The notes under the pieces were generated by a model. The model was not told the origin of the DNA. It searched no databases and saw only the letters and a list, made by a program, of their open reading frames with translations. This document shows, piece after piece, positions 44,829 through 57,508 of a stretch of DNA of 64,000 nt. The DNA is from Utricularia gibba (Eukaryota > Plantae > Magnoliophyta): assembly GCA_002189035.1 (NCBI GenBank), contig NEEC01000018.1:1612001-1676000 (forward strand), read 5' to 3'. Position numbers and translations under genes: made by a program. Every line of letters starts with the position of its first letter. Position 1 is the first letter of the stretch.

Positions 44829-45014
44829 TGGGCCATTCCGTACCGATGTCAGATGCCCAAAGATAGCTTCTAAAGAGAATGGGCCGAGGCATGCATCTCA
44901 GCATCTGTTAGAATGTATTTGTTGGAACCGTTGGATGGATGGGAATCAATCTGGACCGTCGATGTCTACAGGCAGCTGAAAAGGACTGGGACTCGCTCTT
45001 AAAAGTAGGGTTTT
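44829..45014 (+). promoter_or_regulatory. Site II elements and reverse telo-box upstream of TIM9
   Basis: TGGGCC at 44829 and 44880; TAGGGTTT at 45006. Confidence 0.55.
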
Positions 45015-45064
45015 AGTCTTTTTAGGCATAACACAGAGCTGTTTGGGTTGCGGAATCGCTGAAA

Positions 45065-46129
45065 ATGGACAAGAGTATGCTAGCAGATGTGGATGCGCTG
45101 CCGGAGGAAGATAAGCTGCGGATGACCGCCATGATCGACCAGCTCCAAATCCGCGACAGGTATTGATGGATTTGTGGGGTTGTTGGTTCAAGAATGCGTT
45201 TCATATTTGCTTGGTGTGGTTAGTTGAAATTTGAATGTGATGTCTGATTTGCGGAAGGATTTTTTTTTTCTTCATTGCTTTAGATTTGTTTTCAAGATAC
45301 GTTGTGGAATCGGGAGGATGGGGATGTGGAATGAGTATCAATTTGTTCACACTTCTTGAATTGTCTGATCGGGTTTAGTTACCTCTTTTTGTGATTTGGG
45401 AAAAGTGTATGTTAAAGCACAATACTTTCCTCGGCGTATCTTTCACGTGGGTTGTGAATGTAGCTGGTTGAAAGAGTATTCGTTTGTTCATACTCCGCAG
45501 TACTTTGCTTGCTTCGTCAATTGAAATCAGTTTTCGAGAATGGGGTTGAACTTATTGGGATTTATTCACCTTTTTAGTGGTCCGATGCAATTTCTTTTCA
45601 AGGATGTCACATTTGTGGGGCTCCGTGGCCTGACAACTTATTTATGCAACCATGCCACCCCAGTCATATTCCTTTCTTTGGTCACACTTTTCTCTGGCTT
45701 TTGCCTTCTAGAATTTTAGGATGATCTGCTTTCTGCAGTACTTTTTATTATGAACATTTTGATTTATACGCCCTGACTGCCAAGACCGTGTAGTGTTAGT
45801 GAAAGCTCACACTTTTGCAAACCATGCCATATTTCTGTACACCTGTTCTGCAATTTTGCTTTGGGGAGCTGTTGCAATGGTTTTCCTTGCACATTATGAT
45901 GAAAATGCTGATCTCTGCACCCTTTGCATGCAGTCTGCGGATGTACAACTCGCTGGTGGAGAGATGCTTCACCGATTGCATCGACTCCTTCAGACGCAAG
46001 ACCCTTGACAAGCAGGAAGAGACCTGCATCCGCAGATGTGCTGAGAAGTTCCTGAAGCACTCGATGCGGGTGGGAATGAGGTTTGCTGAGCTGAATCAGG
46101 GCGCCGCCACCCCGGATTCTGCTCTGTAA
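45065..46129 (+). CDS. TIM9: Mitochondrial intermembrane-space chaperone TIM9, exons 45065-45159 and 45934-46129
   Basis: [31 protein letters not shown]|[16 protein letters not shown]...[22 protein letters not shown]; twin CX3C motif. Confidence 0.96.
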
Positions 46130-46506
46130 CGCAGAAGCCACAGGTCTGGGAATAGCATGAATCAACCAACCCCAAATTGATTCCAGTAGTTCTTAATCTT
46201 CATGCTCTGTAGAAGCTCTCTGTGTTTGATGGATACGAAGAAACCAATGCCTTCAGAAAAAAGGCCGCAGTATGTCTTCTTGTCGATCCATTACAAATAT
46301 GAACATTTTTTTAATTATTTTTTGTAATTAAAATAAATTGATATTAATAATTTTAATTTAAATAAATAATGTTATATATTCACAAATGTGGTTTTTTTTT
46401 AGATAAGTATTTCAAAATTACAAATATTATTATAAACCCTAACCCTCTGAAATACGCCGGCATTCTTTTGGGCGGACTTCGAAGCAGAGGCGACTGTTGA
46501 AATTCA

Positions 46507-47121
46507 ATGGCGGGCAAGGTGATCTCCATCGACAAAATCAAAGGTTTCGTGCAGTCTCAGTTCCAGGAACCTGAGAAGCGCGATCTCAACGTGGTCAGTT
46601 ATTCATTCTGCTTCTTTTATTTCCTGCCGGTTGGAGGTGTTCGAGACTTGCGCCTTCCCGATTTTTGCGGTTTCTTTCCTTGCTCGTGAATTTCTTGTCG
46701 TGTTAGCGTTGGAATTTTGGATCTTTTAGGCGGTCACGGGCATGCTTCCTCTAGACAAAGGAAGAATTTTTTGATCTTTTCAATTTGATGAGGGTCTATC
46801 TCATTGTCCCCAGGTTCTTAGGGCTGCGATTCAAATTCAGTATTGTTTTGTTCGTGCAATATAGTGTTAGTGTATTTGGTAACTAGAGAACTGATCATAT
46901 GTTACAGATTCTTCTAAGTTTCTGTGCTCATCTCTAGTGTGCTCGTTTGTTCTGTATAGCCGTCTTCTTCTTACAGATTTCATCAAGAATTGTATAACCC
47001 TCACCTGCGCCAGCTCATTCATCCCCATTCATTTTTCTTGCAGAAACTACTCCGTGCAATCGGTATCTTTGCTGGATCCATCATCATCATGCGGCAATAT
47101 GGTGATTTGATGGCCATATAA
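46507..47121 (+). CDS. TOM5: Mitochondrial import receptor subunit TOM5 (54 aa), exons 46507-46593 and 47044-47121
   Basis: MAGKVISIDKIKGFVQSQFQEPEKRDLNV|KLLRAIGIFAGSIIIMRQYGDLMAI* resembles recalled plant TOM5 (..VVSIEKMK..KLLRALGMFAGGVVLMRSYGDLM). Telo-box at 46434. Confidence 0.88.
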
Positions 47122-47349
47122 CGCATTGGCCAATTACCTAGTGATTTTAGGATTCTTGCATTTTTTATGTTAAACATGCAGACGCCACTTTGGTATGCTT
47201 GAAACATTTTTCTGCTACACAGTGAAGTTCTCCCCATGTTTTCATGACAATTTCAGTAATGTTGGATCACAAATCCTACGGTTGGGCATTCTTTGACATT
47301 TCCCAAAATTTTCATACGCAAAAAAGCCTAGCTACTTGACCTTGGAAAA

Positions 47350-49475
47350 CTACTGCTGCTTCAGCAGTGGATGCTGATCACCCTTGCAGAGGTTTCTCCA
47401 TTTGTCTTTGAGATCAACTGGTGTACGCGTTGGATGGAAGCGACCAGTACCATGCTCCAAAATCCTCTTCCATGGAATATAGCTCTCGTCCCCCTTCCAG
47501 ATCACCCGCATCCCATCCTGTGGATATCAATTGTAATCCGTATCAAAACCTGAAACCTGAGAAGGTTATGCAAACCGTGGTGGGGTGCTGGTGAATCTTT
47601 TGCCCATTACACACTAAGCACCCACATCCCATTCTGCATGTAATTTGCATCCCAGGATTCTAATCCATGATCTCCCAGGCTAGAAACAGAGATAAGAAAG
47701 AAAAGAAGGTACCAGCAGCGCCTCTTCTTCTTCACTTGTCCACCTTTTAGGCTTCCTGAATGAGGGAATCAGAGGACGAGTGCTGCAGAGACAAGAAAAG
47801 GTATTAACTGTTAATTTAGGCTTAATAAGGTGAACACCAGCAGAGGATGAAGGTGAGGCATACATTTTCTTTTCCTGCTTTTCATCAGTAAGGATTGCAG
47901 AGCTCTTGCCTTCTTCCTCTTCACATTTCCGAGATTCGGAACTCGCTGCATGCTTGTGTTCATGAGATGACTGTTCTACCGAGGGAGGAAAATTTTCCTT
48001 GCTTGATCTGTTAATGGAATCAGCAACACTCCCCCTGTTATCCCTGGCCTGCTCAGTACAGCCTGAAGCTCTCATTTTTCGCTTTGGACCATCTTGAACT
48101 GCCCCAGGGGAATAGAAAAGCTGTAGGTTACTTCTTGCCAAGGATGCGTGCTTCTGCAATCCCTGGTACAATATCAGCCCTCGAGCAAAATCACAAAACA
48201 TACAGTAGAAACTTTCCCCTGGTTCAAAGCTGATCTCCAAACCTAAACACCTCTTGTGAATGACTATTGGGCAGGAAATGTTGCTGCAAATCAATAGCTC
48301 TCCACCCTCCTTGCATTTCATGCAAATTTTCAGTTCTCTCCAAGTGGTTGCCGAGGTATCCTTACTGAGGGTGGAATAAGAGCACAGAAATAATTTCTTC
48401 TTTGCATCAATATCTGCAAGGCATCCATTGATGCCATGGCTGATTTCAGAGCTCCAATGATCATCTCCAGCATTCTGAGAATCATTGGCAACACCATCTA
48501 TAGTTTCATCACTCACTAGAACCTTCCCAGAACCGTTGAGTTCAGGTTCAGAGTCATGATCAGCATTTTCATTGAGAACTTCTGTTTCCTCTTGAGATGT
48601 CTGCTTCTCATTGAGTAGAAGTCCCTCAGTTCTAGGAAGGCTATTCATCTTGAGCTGTCTGATATCCAACAGCTTTCTCTTCCTGTCAGCTAGCATCAAA
48701 TTTTGATCAAGCAGATACTGGAATGAAAACTGATCATCAGTCTGACATCCATGCTCTGGTTGATTTTCAGGTAGCAGACCGCTTCGCTTTTGGGAAAATG
48801 AAGACAATGAAATACATCCTGTATGAATGGCATCCTCAAGCTGTTTAAACAGATAAACCAGCAACTCAAGAATTGATGATGATGTCTTTTGAAAACCAGT
48901 AAAAGTGAATCAACTTCACCCCACCTTCGCTATGTTGGATCCACTCAGAAGAACTGATCTTTTATGCTCTATAAAGCGACGAAGATCAAGCTGTGAAAGC
49001 TTCCGATGAGAATCCTCCTGCTTCAGCAACAAAAACACCTGGCAGTATTGATCAAAATCCTCGTAAGACAAAGTTTCATGCATCCAGCAGCCTACTAAGA
49101 CAATGAACACCAGCCCAATACCTCTATCACTACATTTTCGCACGATTCAGACGTATCCACTATGACCCTTTCGCTCCCTGCAGAAGAATCAGGGCCTTCA
49201 AAGCCTTCCTCAAGGCACAGAGCCTCCAACATTCTCAAAGCTACCAGCTCTCTAACATTTCTGCAACTCCCATCCGTTATATTAGGAATCATCCCAAGCA
49301 AACCTTTAGCAACAAAAACACATAGGTTCAACGCAACTTGAAGGCAGCAAAGAACAATACTCATTAAACCCTAAAGGCGAAAGCTTTACGTACCCAATAA
49401 AACATTTACATCTGACTGATCGAAGTGAGCTTGTTTCTCAAGCATCCATATAAGCGGAAGTGAAAGGCTAGCCAT
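47350..49475 (-). CDS. PHD-finger plus C-terminal Myb/SANT protein (TRFL10-like family), 5 exons
   Basis: MASLSLPLIWMLEK...RELVALRMLEAL N-terminus; PHD-like CMKCKEGGELLICSNISCPIVIHKRC...FYCMFC; Myb RKPKRWTSEEEEALL|DG...IPWKRILEHG...RTPVDLKDKWRN. Confidence 0.82.
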
Positions 49476-49929
49476 AGGCTTCAACGCCAACCGCCCTAAA
49501 ACGCATGAGTTACTCACCGGCTTACAGATAAAAATCCCCAGAAATAATACATGCAAATATGCAAGAAAGAAACGAAACCCAGAAGCAATCACAAGTAGAA
49601 TAGCGCGAAATGGGAGCTTTTACCTTGGCTGCCTCGAATCAAAAACAGAAGCACCCGAAGCTGCTATCCAGCGAAAATGGAGGCCTTTCAAAATTCAACC
49701 AAAGCTAAGAGCTTTTTCTTAAAGCTCTAATCTTTTTGTTTGATTCATAAAATGCAATATTTTTAAAATATTCTTTAAATTGCAATAACTTGAAATAAAT
49801 ATTTCATTACGATCTCCAAAGGAGACTGTTGTTCATGTTATCTGGAGTTGATTTTGGAGGGAAACCATTTTCGGGTGGATGTTAAACCCTAATCCCTCGC
49901 TCCCTGTATCTCCGATCGCGGATGCCGGA

Positions 49930-51376
49930 ATGGAGAGTGTTTCTAAATGGACCGCCGGCTGCAACAGTTTCTGGCGCGAGGCATTTGTGGTTGAACCAAC
50001 GGGAGGTCACAGGTCATGATTGCCTACTACCCGTCCTATGTTTATCTGCTCTTCTCAATTTAGCGTGGTGTCTTCTTCAGGTAAATTTTGTTCGGCTGTT
50101 TGGTTTTTTAAGCTACTGGGTTAATTCAAGCGGTTTTGTCATGTTTGTTCCGAATGGTGAACTTGAGTTACCCCAGACTTGTTACTTCTAGACTTCATGT
50201 TTATTTCAGGAAACCATGATGGGGCTTTCTCAGTTTCCATGTAAGAAGCCTTGGCCTCTTGGACATTTTATGCTATTAATTGAGCTGCTTCGTCGTTCCT
50301 AATTTTTTTTCTCTTCTACTGCTTTGCTGCTACAAGGTTGGTGTATTTCTGGAAGGATAGCGGGTTGGAATCTGTTATCATTATCTACTGAAATTGGAAT
50401 GCTTCAGGATAATTATTCTAGTGGCTGGGAGTCATTGGCACATACATACCTTTCGTATCTCGCAATATTTTGTTGCTGCTAATGTACTTTTTCAGGTATT
50501 CTTGTGGTCTTGTCCTGTAGTATTGCTGCAAAATGTAAATACATGTCAATGGGATTGAATTTCGTTGGATTTAGAGATGATCATGAAAACAGACTTTCAC
50601 ATATTTTTGGTTGGGGAGCGGGTCAGATATCAATCCTAGAATTAGAGATCGGTGTAAAGAACATCAATTTTCTCTGATTGAATCATTTTTAAGGATGTAT
50701 TTTGAGAAAGAGACAGTAAATAGCTGTTTGTTATTAGGAGTACTGTCTGTATCCATTGTTCTGTTGCTACCGAGTTCTTGGGTTGGATTGCAAGCGGGTT
50801 CACTTTGCTGTACTGTAGAAAGAGTTATGATTCAACATTTCGTTGCAGAGTTGATGTTCATATTTGGACCCTTTTATGTCAATTCCAATCCTAGAGAAAG
50901 TGGAGTTTGTTTCTTCGGACTTTGATTCTTACGGCAATCTACCGCTACATTCTCTTCGTCAAAGTGGAGAGATACACCCCCACATGCCTGTGCTACAAGT
51001 ATGTTGCCACCATGTTCGTATTTGATGTCATGGTTTTTCTACCTTCCGGGATGGCCGGATTTGGCTTTACTTTCGGAATACAGTATTTTCCAACCAGTGA
51101 TTTACTTCACATTTGCCCGTGTGTGAGTTTTTGAACTGATGTAGATGATGAAACTTCGGTCAGGTGCTACAATGTTCAGCTACATGACTTTCCTGGCTTG
51201 TTTTTTCCAGGTAAATAACTAACAAACAAACAATCTGCTTGTTCTCCATTACGAAATCTGTTCACTGACTCGAATCAATAAATCCACATCTCAAACATGG
51301 TGTTTTGCAGGAGGCAGATTGGCTTCCGCACACTGCAGATCACTCAGAAATGGAGGAGGCCGGCTTCTTCAACTAA
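49930..51376 (+). pseudogene. Unprocessed pseudogene of a CAND2/PMTR1-like (TPRA1-family) 7TM protein
   Basis: Five exon remnants (about 49930-50080, 50337-50495, 50849-51082, 51145-51210, 51311-51376) encode collinear CAND2-like peptides NGRSQVMIAYY, LLNLAWCLLQ, WNLLSL..GML, QDNYSSGWESL, LTAIYRYILF, SKWRD, YKYVATMF, YMTFLACFFQ| and SEMEEAGFF, broken by several frameshifts and deletions. Confidence 0.82.
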
Positions 51377-52386
51377 CCAATCAATCTTGCATACAGTCCC
51401 TCTCCCTCTTTACACACCCATGCCATGCCACTGGAAAAAAGGTACTAATCCTTTTCACTTTCACTTCCCCATGTTTCTTTTTTGTTGTTTTTACAGCGTG
51501 TGGCATTGTTGTTGTTTCCCATGATTCACACAGATACCCCTTGGACAAGAGCTTGGTAGGGGCAGCCCAGCACAGAGACAACCTGCCAGAATTCAAACAG
51601 CTAGCCGTTGCGGGGAATATAATATCCTTCCATCCATCCATCTGCATTATGATATTTCCCTTTCTTTATGGAATTCAAATTTGACCGTTGTGGGTGAAGA
51701 TCCGTCTCACCCCACGCTTCCTAATCAAAACAACAATAAATGAATTGCGTTTGCAGGATGTAGCTTGTGTTTTGGAAGATGTCGGTTTTATTTTATTTTA
51801 TTTTATTTCTTGAAAATCATTTTTTTAAAAAAAATTGTTTTAATTTTTTTAAAAATAAAAATTCTTTATATTTGATAACAAAAAAATATTTTTAAATTAG
51901 TTTTTTTAAAAAAAATCAGTTGGGATTTTGCCGTTTGTCATTCTTCTTCTAAACAATTTTAGTGATATCCTATTTATAAAATGTTAAATAAATTAAATTT
52001 GATATCAACACATACTTTCAAATATCAAATGTAATGCTATTTCATTCTTATGTTTTGAATTTTAAATTTTAATTCATTATGTTTTTTTTTATTTAGATGA
52101 CTTATATAATTATGTTTTTTTATCTCACTTATAACTAATGTGACATACCCTCATTATTCCTTGACCTTACATTGCTTAATTTTAATTTTCAGAAATAATT
52201 TGTATAATTGTAATTTTGTGTTTCAAATAATTGTAATTTATTGAATAAATAAACATAGTATAGGAGATGAGGAATAAAGGGGGACAAGATGGAGTAGGTT
52301 TGGGCCAGCCTACATATTCGGTATCCACTCACGAGCTTTTCCCCCAGAACATCTCCTCTCTCTCTCTCTCACAACCAGAAACAGCA

Positions 52387-53452
52387 ATGGCGTCTTCCTC
52401 TTCTTGTTCTTCTACTACTTCCGTCTGCATCCTGCTGCTTCTCGCTTCCATGGCTTCCTACGGCGGTGGATTGCTGGCTCTCTCTTGCGTCTCCGTCCTA
52501 CATTTTCGTTTTCTTGTTTTTTTTTTGTTTAACGTTTTTTTGTTTGCAGGCGCGACGTGGTGCGTGTGCAGGGAAGGAGTGGGGGAGGCGGTGCTGCAGA
52601 AAACCCTAGATTACGCGTGCGGAGCGGGAGCCGATTGCAACCCGACGCATCAGAATGGGCCGTGCTTCAACCCGAACACGGTCCACGCGCACTGTAACTA
52701 CGCCGTCAACAGCTACTTCCAGAGGAACCACCAAGCTCCCACCGCCTGCGATTTCTCCGGCACCGCCTCCATCGTTACCTCCGATCCCAGTGAGCTCCAT
52801 TTTTCTTTTTCATATGAATAAAGAAAAAAACGTGGTGTTTTTGCTAATTACGTTTCTGCCCCTGGATCTGCTTCCTCTCAGGCACTGCCGGCTGCGTCTA
52901 TCCTGCGAGGTACACCTTTTTCCATTATTTCTCACTTTCGCCCACGAAAAATAATAAAATTAATATATCGTACTCTTTTCGAGGCCAAAAAGCTAATGAA
53001 CCGTCTTGTCTTTTTCTGTGAAGTTCCACTTTTGCCCTCGGTGTGGGGCCCTCGCCTTTTGAAAAAATAAATAAATCATTTTGTAGTCGTAAGCATGAAT
53101 TCCTAGAGAGGAGTAAAAGTTGCATGAGCTGCTTGGTCAACGGCAGTCCATCTTTGGTCTCAGACGAGTTGACCATTGGCCTTTATTTAATACTGATAGA
53201 TTGTCTGTCTGGTAGCGCTACCGCGGCTCCGGTGGGTGGAGGAGTCGGAGGCACAACAACGGTTCCGAATGGTGGTGGTGCTGGTGGTAATCCCCTGGTG
53301 ACGGGCCCCAACAACGGAGTTCTTGGAGGAGGGGTGAACGGCGGCGGCCTGGGTCCGTCTGGGATCAACAACGACATGAGCGGAGGGACACGATTTGGCT
53401 CTGCTGTATCCCTGATGCTTGTTGCGGCTGGGGGCTCCTGGTGTGCTGGTGA
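52387..53452 (+). CDS. X8-domain plasmodesmata callose-binding protein (PDCB-like, predicted GPI-anchored), 4 exons; the end is inferred across a probable frameshift (uncorrected ORF ends at 53570)
   Basis: Signal peptide, X8 domain ATWCVCREG...LDYACGAGADC..IQ-like..CFNPNTVHAHCNYAVNSYFQ...CDFSGTA, Gly/Pro-rich stem and hydrophobic tail. Confidence 0.9.
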
Positions 53453-54021
53453 AAGGGGATTAATGAATGAAATGATTCAGGGTTCATGCGTTGGGAAAAC
53501 AAGTTTTGTTCAAGTGGTTGGCGCTGCTTCTGCTTCCTTGGAGTTGAGATGCTCCTGGACTGATGGGTGATTCTTTCCATGTCGCAGTGACTGAACCGAA
53601 CTCCAAATGTTTCCCTGTTGTATTGTCGTGAGTGGTTCCTTATTTTTCCCTTCTGTTCTGAAAACTTGCCTTTTCCACTAGAATATTATCTGTCTATCTA
53701 TCCATTCACGCCCCAACTCCTTGTTCAGTAGCAGCCACTACTTCTGTTGGAAATGTGAATGACAAAGAAGCTACATTTCCCATTCTTCCATATTTGCAAA
53801 TCAAACTCCAGAATAACAAAATCCTTTATCAGCTGGGGAGTGAGTAGTCACCTTACACCTATTCCTAAACACTGCACGAGCTCTCACATTGAAGATGATC
53901 TTCCCTGTCCTATCATCAATCCGGGGGAGGGGAGGATCTGATAACAAGAGCAGATTTGTAAGAAAATGAATGGGGTTAGAAGAGATGGTGGATTCCATCA
54001 ATGTTTTTCTACCTTCACCTT

Positions 54022-57000
54022 CTAGGTTGTATTGTTAACTGCAGCAGCAGCAGAAGAAGAAGAATCATTCTCTCTGTGACTTTCTGTTTGAATATTAGGC
54101 AGCGTGTAGCCTCCAGCATCCGCTTCATTGAATAAGGGTGCTTGCGATGTCCCATGCATCTGCCATACCAGAGAAAAAAAAAAAGGCTCAGCAATGTGGC
54201 AAAGCAAAGCTTGTTATAATGAGATGAACCACTGGATATACCTCTGGTGAGAAAAAAGACTCAGTCATTGGGAGTTCTTTCTTCTCCAAAGTGGCAAATT
54301 CAAATAAAGCAGAAACATCAACCGGGGTACAGGAACTTGCATAATGGTTGAAGCAACGTCCTTTGTTGTTTCAGGAGCCTCCTGGGGAGGCAGAGCGGTT
54401 TCCACAGAGCTGACCACAGGTTCCTTCTCTTTTGAAACCTCATCTCCTAGCTTGATGTCATTCTCATGGTGTTTAAGAGGCTTTTCACCATCTACAGCAG
54501 CATTTTGATCAGCATGCAAACTAACAGGATTACCCTTTGTAGAAGGATCCACCTTTCTGTCATCCGTAGGGAAACAAGAACAACAATAAATACACGATAC
54601 ACCTTGCGTAGTAGATTCAAACAAAACAAAGCATAGAAGCTTACTTTGTGCAGTCATCCACTTCCATGCTAACAGAGCTACGTCTATTAGAAAATAACAC
54701 TCCACGGAGAGGCCTTCCATCTATGATTGTTTCAATAGTATAGCCATCAGCAAAGGTTTTAGTGACCTTCGCTTGAAAACTTCTTTTTCCCATGGGAGTG
54801 TGGTACTCATTCAAATAAAAATTCTGACGACCTGCATGCACAAAAGTTTTAATCACAGCCATTCCCATTTTCATGTTTGAATCCAAATCAAAATCTCACC
54901 ATAAACTGCAATAGATAAATCTATCATCCTAGCATAATCAAATGCATTTAATTCTATCCGTTGGTAAACTAAGAAAGGGAAATTCAACTAGGGAATTAAT
55001 CAGTTCCTTGGATCATCAATACATCAGAAACATGATTCCACTGCAGATAAACTCATGTGTTTTAAATTCATAAAATATATTTTCTTAGACATGCCACAAG
55101 ATCACATTGCGAACGACATGAAAAACATTTTCTTGCCTGATGGCATATAGCTTGATATCGGCATGGGTTGGTAAATTGTAGTATCATTGTCAATCCCAGA
55201 GGGAGATTTATCATATGGAGCAAAACTCTGTTGTTCTTGGCATTTTAACTTCAGTTGCTTTCTCAAAGATAATTTCTCAACCCGCTTTTCATCTCTATTG
55301 TCTGCAGAGAGTCCTAGAAGTGCAAGAAGGTGGTGCACAAGAACATCAATTGAAAAGACCACATGAATAATGCCTGCAAAATTTCATGAGCAAATAAAAC
55401 CTGTGTGCAAAAAATACATGTCATCCAAGGCTTCAAGACTCTTATTGCAGCCACCGATAAAGACAAGAACATCTTTCATATGGGGATACAGGCTTTCACC
55501 AGCAACTGAAAATCTACCAGTGGGGCCTTCACCGTGAGCTATTATTCTTGTCCATGCACCACTCTCTGCGAAGGGAAGCAAATATACAATATAAACGTGC
55601 ATAAAATCTAGATCTATGAAATCTGTGTAAGAGTACAAGCATATGCCACGCTTGATTAAAGCACGGGAGTTGTCTATGATGTGCATGGAGTAAAAGCTTA
55701 TTACTGCATTGCACAGTTAGCTAGAAATATCCATTAAAAACAAGAAAAGCAGTGGTATCATGCTTCATTGCAAAGGTAAATCCTAAGAAAGTTTGTAATG
55801 GCAACAAGAAAATAAGTTGGCAATAACAAACCTATGTCGAGCATGTAAACATCATCATACAAGTTTTGCTCATCAGAGAACCCTCCAAAAACAAACAAGT
55901 TCTTCCCAAAACAAACAGTTGTATGACCTCCTCGAGGAGGCAATAGCTGACCAGTAGTGTTCAACTTGCACCAAACAAGAGTATCTGCAGGCCAAAAAAT
56001 GAAAAAGCTGAAGCCTCTGAGTTAACAAAAAATAAAATAAAGAATACAACATGTGAATGTCACAACAGTAGCTGCAAAGAAAGGGTAGATTTTTACCAGC
56101 ATCAAGGATATGAACATCAGAAAGATAGTAGTTACAAGAGTCTTCACCACCTATGACGATAATTTTATTATTCCATGATGAGCACGTGTGGCTGTCCCTC
56201 TTACTTGGGGAGTGCCAGAGGGAAATACACGTTTCCATGAGAAAGTTTCTATATAATGGCAAAAGAAGTCGATGAGTGTGGTCTCGCATTTCTTCAGAAG
56301 GAAACGATGGCAAATTTTTGAACAACTAAATCAAAACATCCCATAAGGAAAGCTTTAACACCATTAATTCAAGGAAATGTCTACAAACTCACACAGGCAT
56401 ACCGGTATTCAAAATGTAAAGATCATCATAGTAAATTTCACTGTTCTCGAACTTGCCACATCCACCAAATATGAACAACCTCTTCCCGATTAATGCTGCA
56501 CTGTGGCCTTCCCTTGGTTCTGGACCATCGCCTCGGACACTTGGTAAGATCCATGAGTTTGAGGCTAAAACATTCCAAAATTTGAACAGAAAAACTTAGA
56601 GCCAAGAAAAGTGATAACTGCATTCTCTAAATACCATAAATGCGCCATGTTAAGGACTGATGCACTAAATTACCATCATACATCACCAAGAAAAGTGATG
56701 ACTGCATCTCATTACAACATACAATCTAGTTTGATGGAGAGAGCATGTCAGATGACTATGCATCTGACTACTTTTCAGATATTTTATGATTTTCAGAATA
56801 TAGAACAACGATAGCAGGTGTGTCACCTGTGTCCAAAATGTGCAAATCATTGAGTGGCCTGTGTCCATCTGTGCCACCAAAGATAAAGAGATTATCTCCT
56901 ACTGTCGTGCAGCTATGACTATCCCTTGGGACGGGTGGCGCACCCCTCATTGCAGGCTCACTCCATAGCATACTTACTGATAATAAGATAACTTTGGATC

Positions 57001-57508
57001 AGTGAATGATGGCATTACCCAATACGCATGAATAAAGATCTAATCCACAAGGAAAAACAATTAACCAAAGAGTGAACTGAATACAATAACTTTCCATAAT
57101 CGTGCACAGAAGTACACTTTTAGCATTTCTACAAACTACCAACACTGTCCATAAAAGGTACAAACTTTTCCTTGTTTCATAACCTAACCGTAAATTAGAA
57201 ACGTTGGCTTACAAACCACCAACTCCGATTTCACAAAACAGAGATATGAACTTCATATTATCCATAAAAGGGAAATGGGGGTGGGAAATAAGAGAAAAAC
57301 CTAAAAAAACATAAATTCAAGACAAAAGGGGGAAGCAGAAACCAGTGTCAAAAACATGAACTCGATTAGTCTGGCATCGATCTCTGCCATAACCGCCGAA
57401 AACGTAGAGAAGTTTCCCATCTCTAATACCGTTGCATGTATGACCCCACCGCACTCCAGGGCCAGCAGTGCCAGGTCTCTGGTTCACCTTCTCCCACCTC
57501 ATCGTCAT
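54022..57508 (-). CDS. Kelch-repeat (galactose oxidase beta-propeller) protein, At1g18610/At1g74150-like; apparent -1 frameshift at 56207-56210
   Basis: MRWEKV...GPGVRWGHTCN, PRDSHSCTTVGDNLFIFGG, PREGHSAALIGKRLFIFGG, PPRGGHTTV, LSLRKQLKLKCQEQ, YTIETIIDGRPLRGVLF. Confidence 0.9.
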
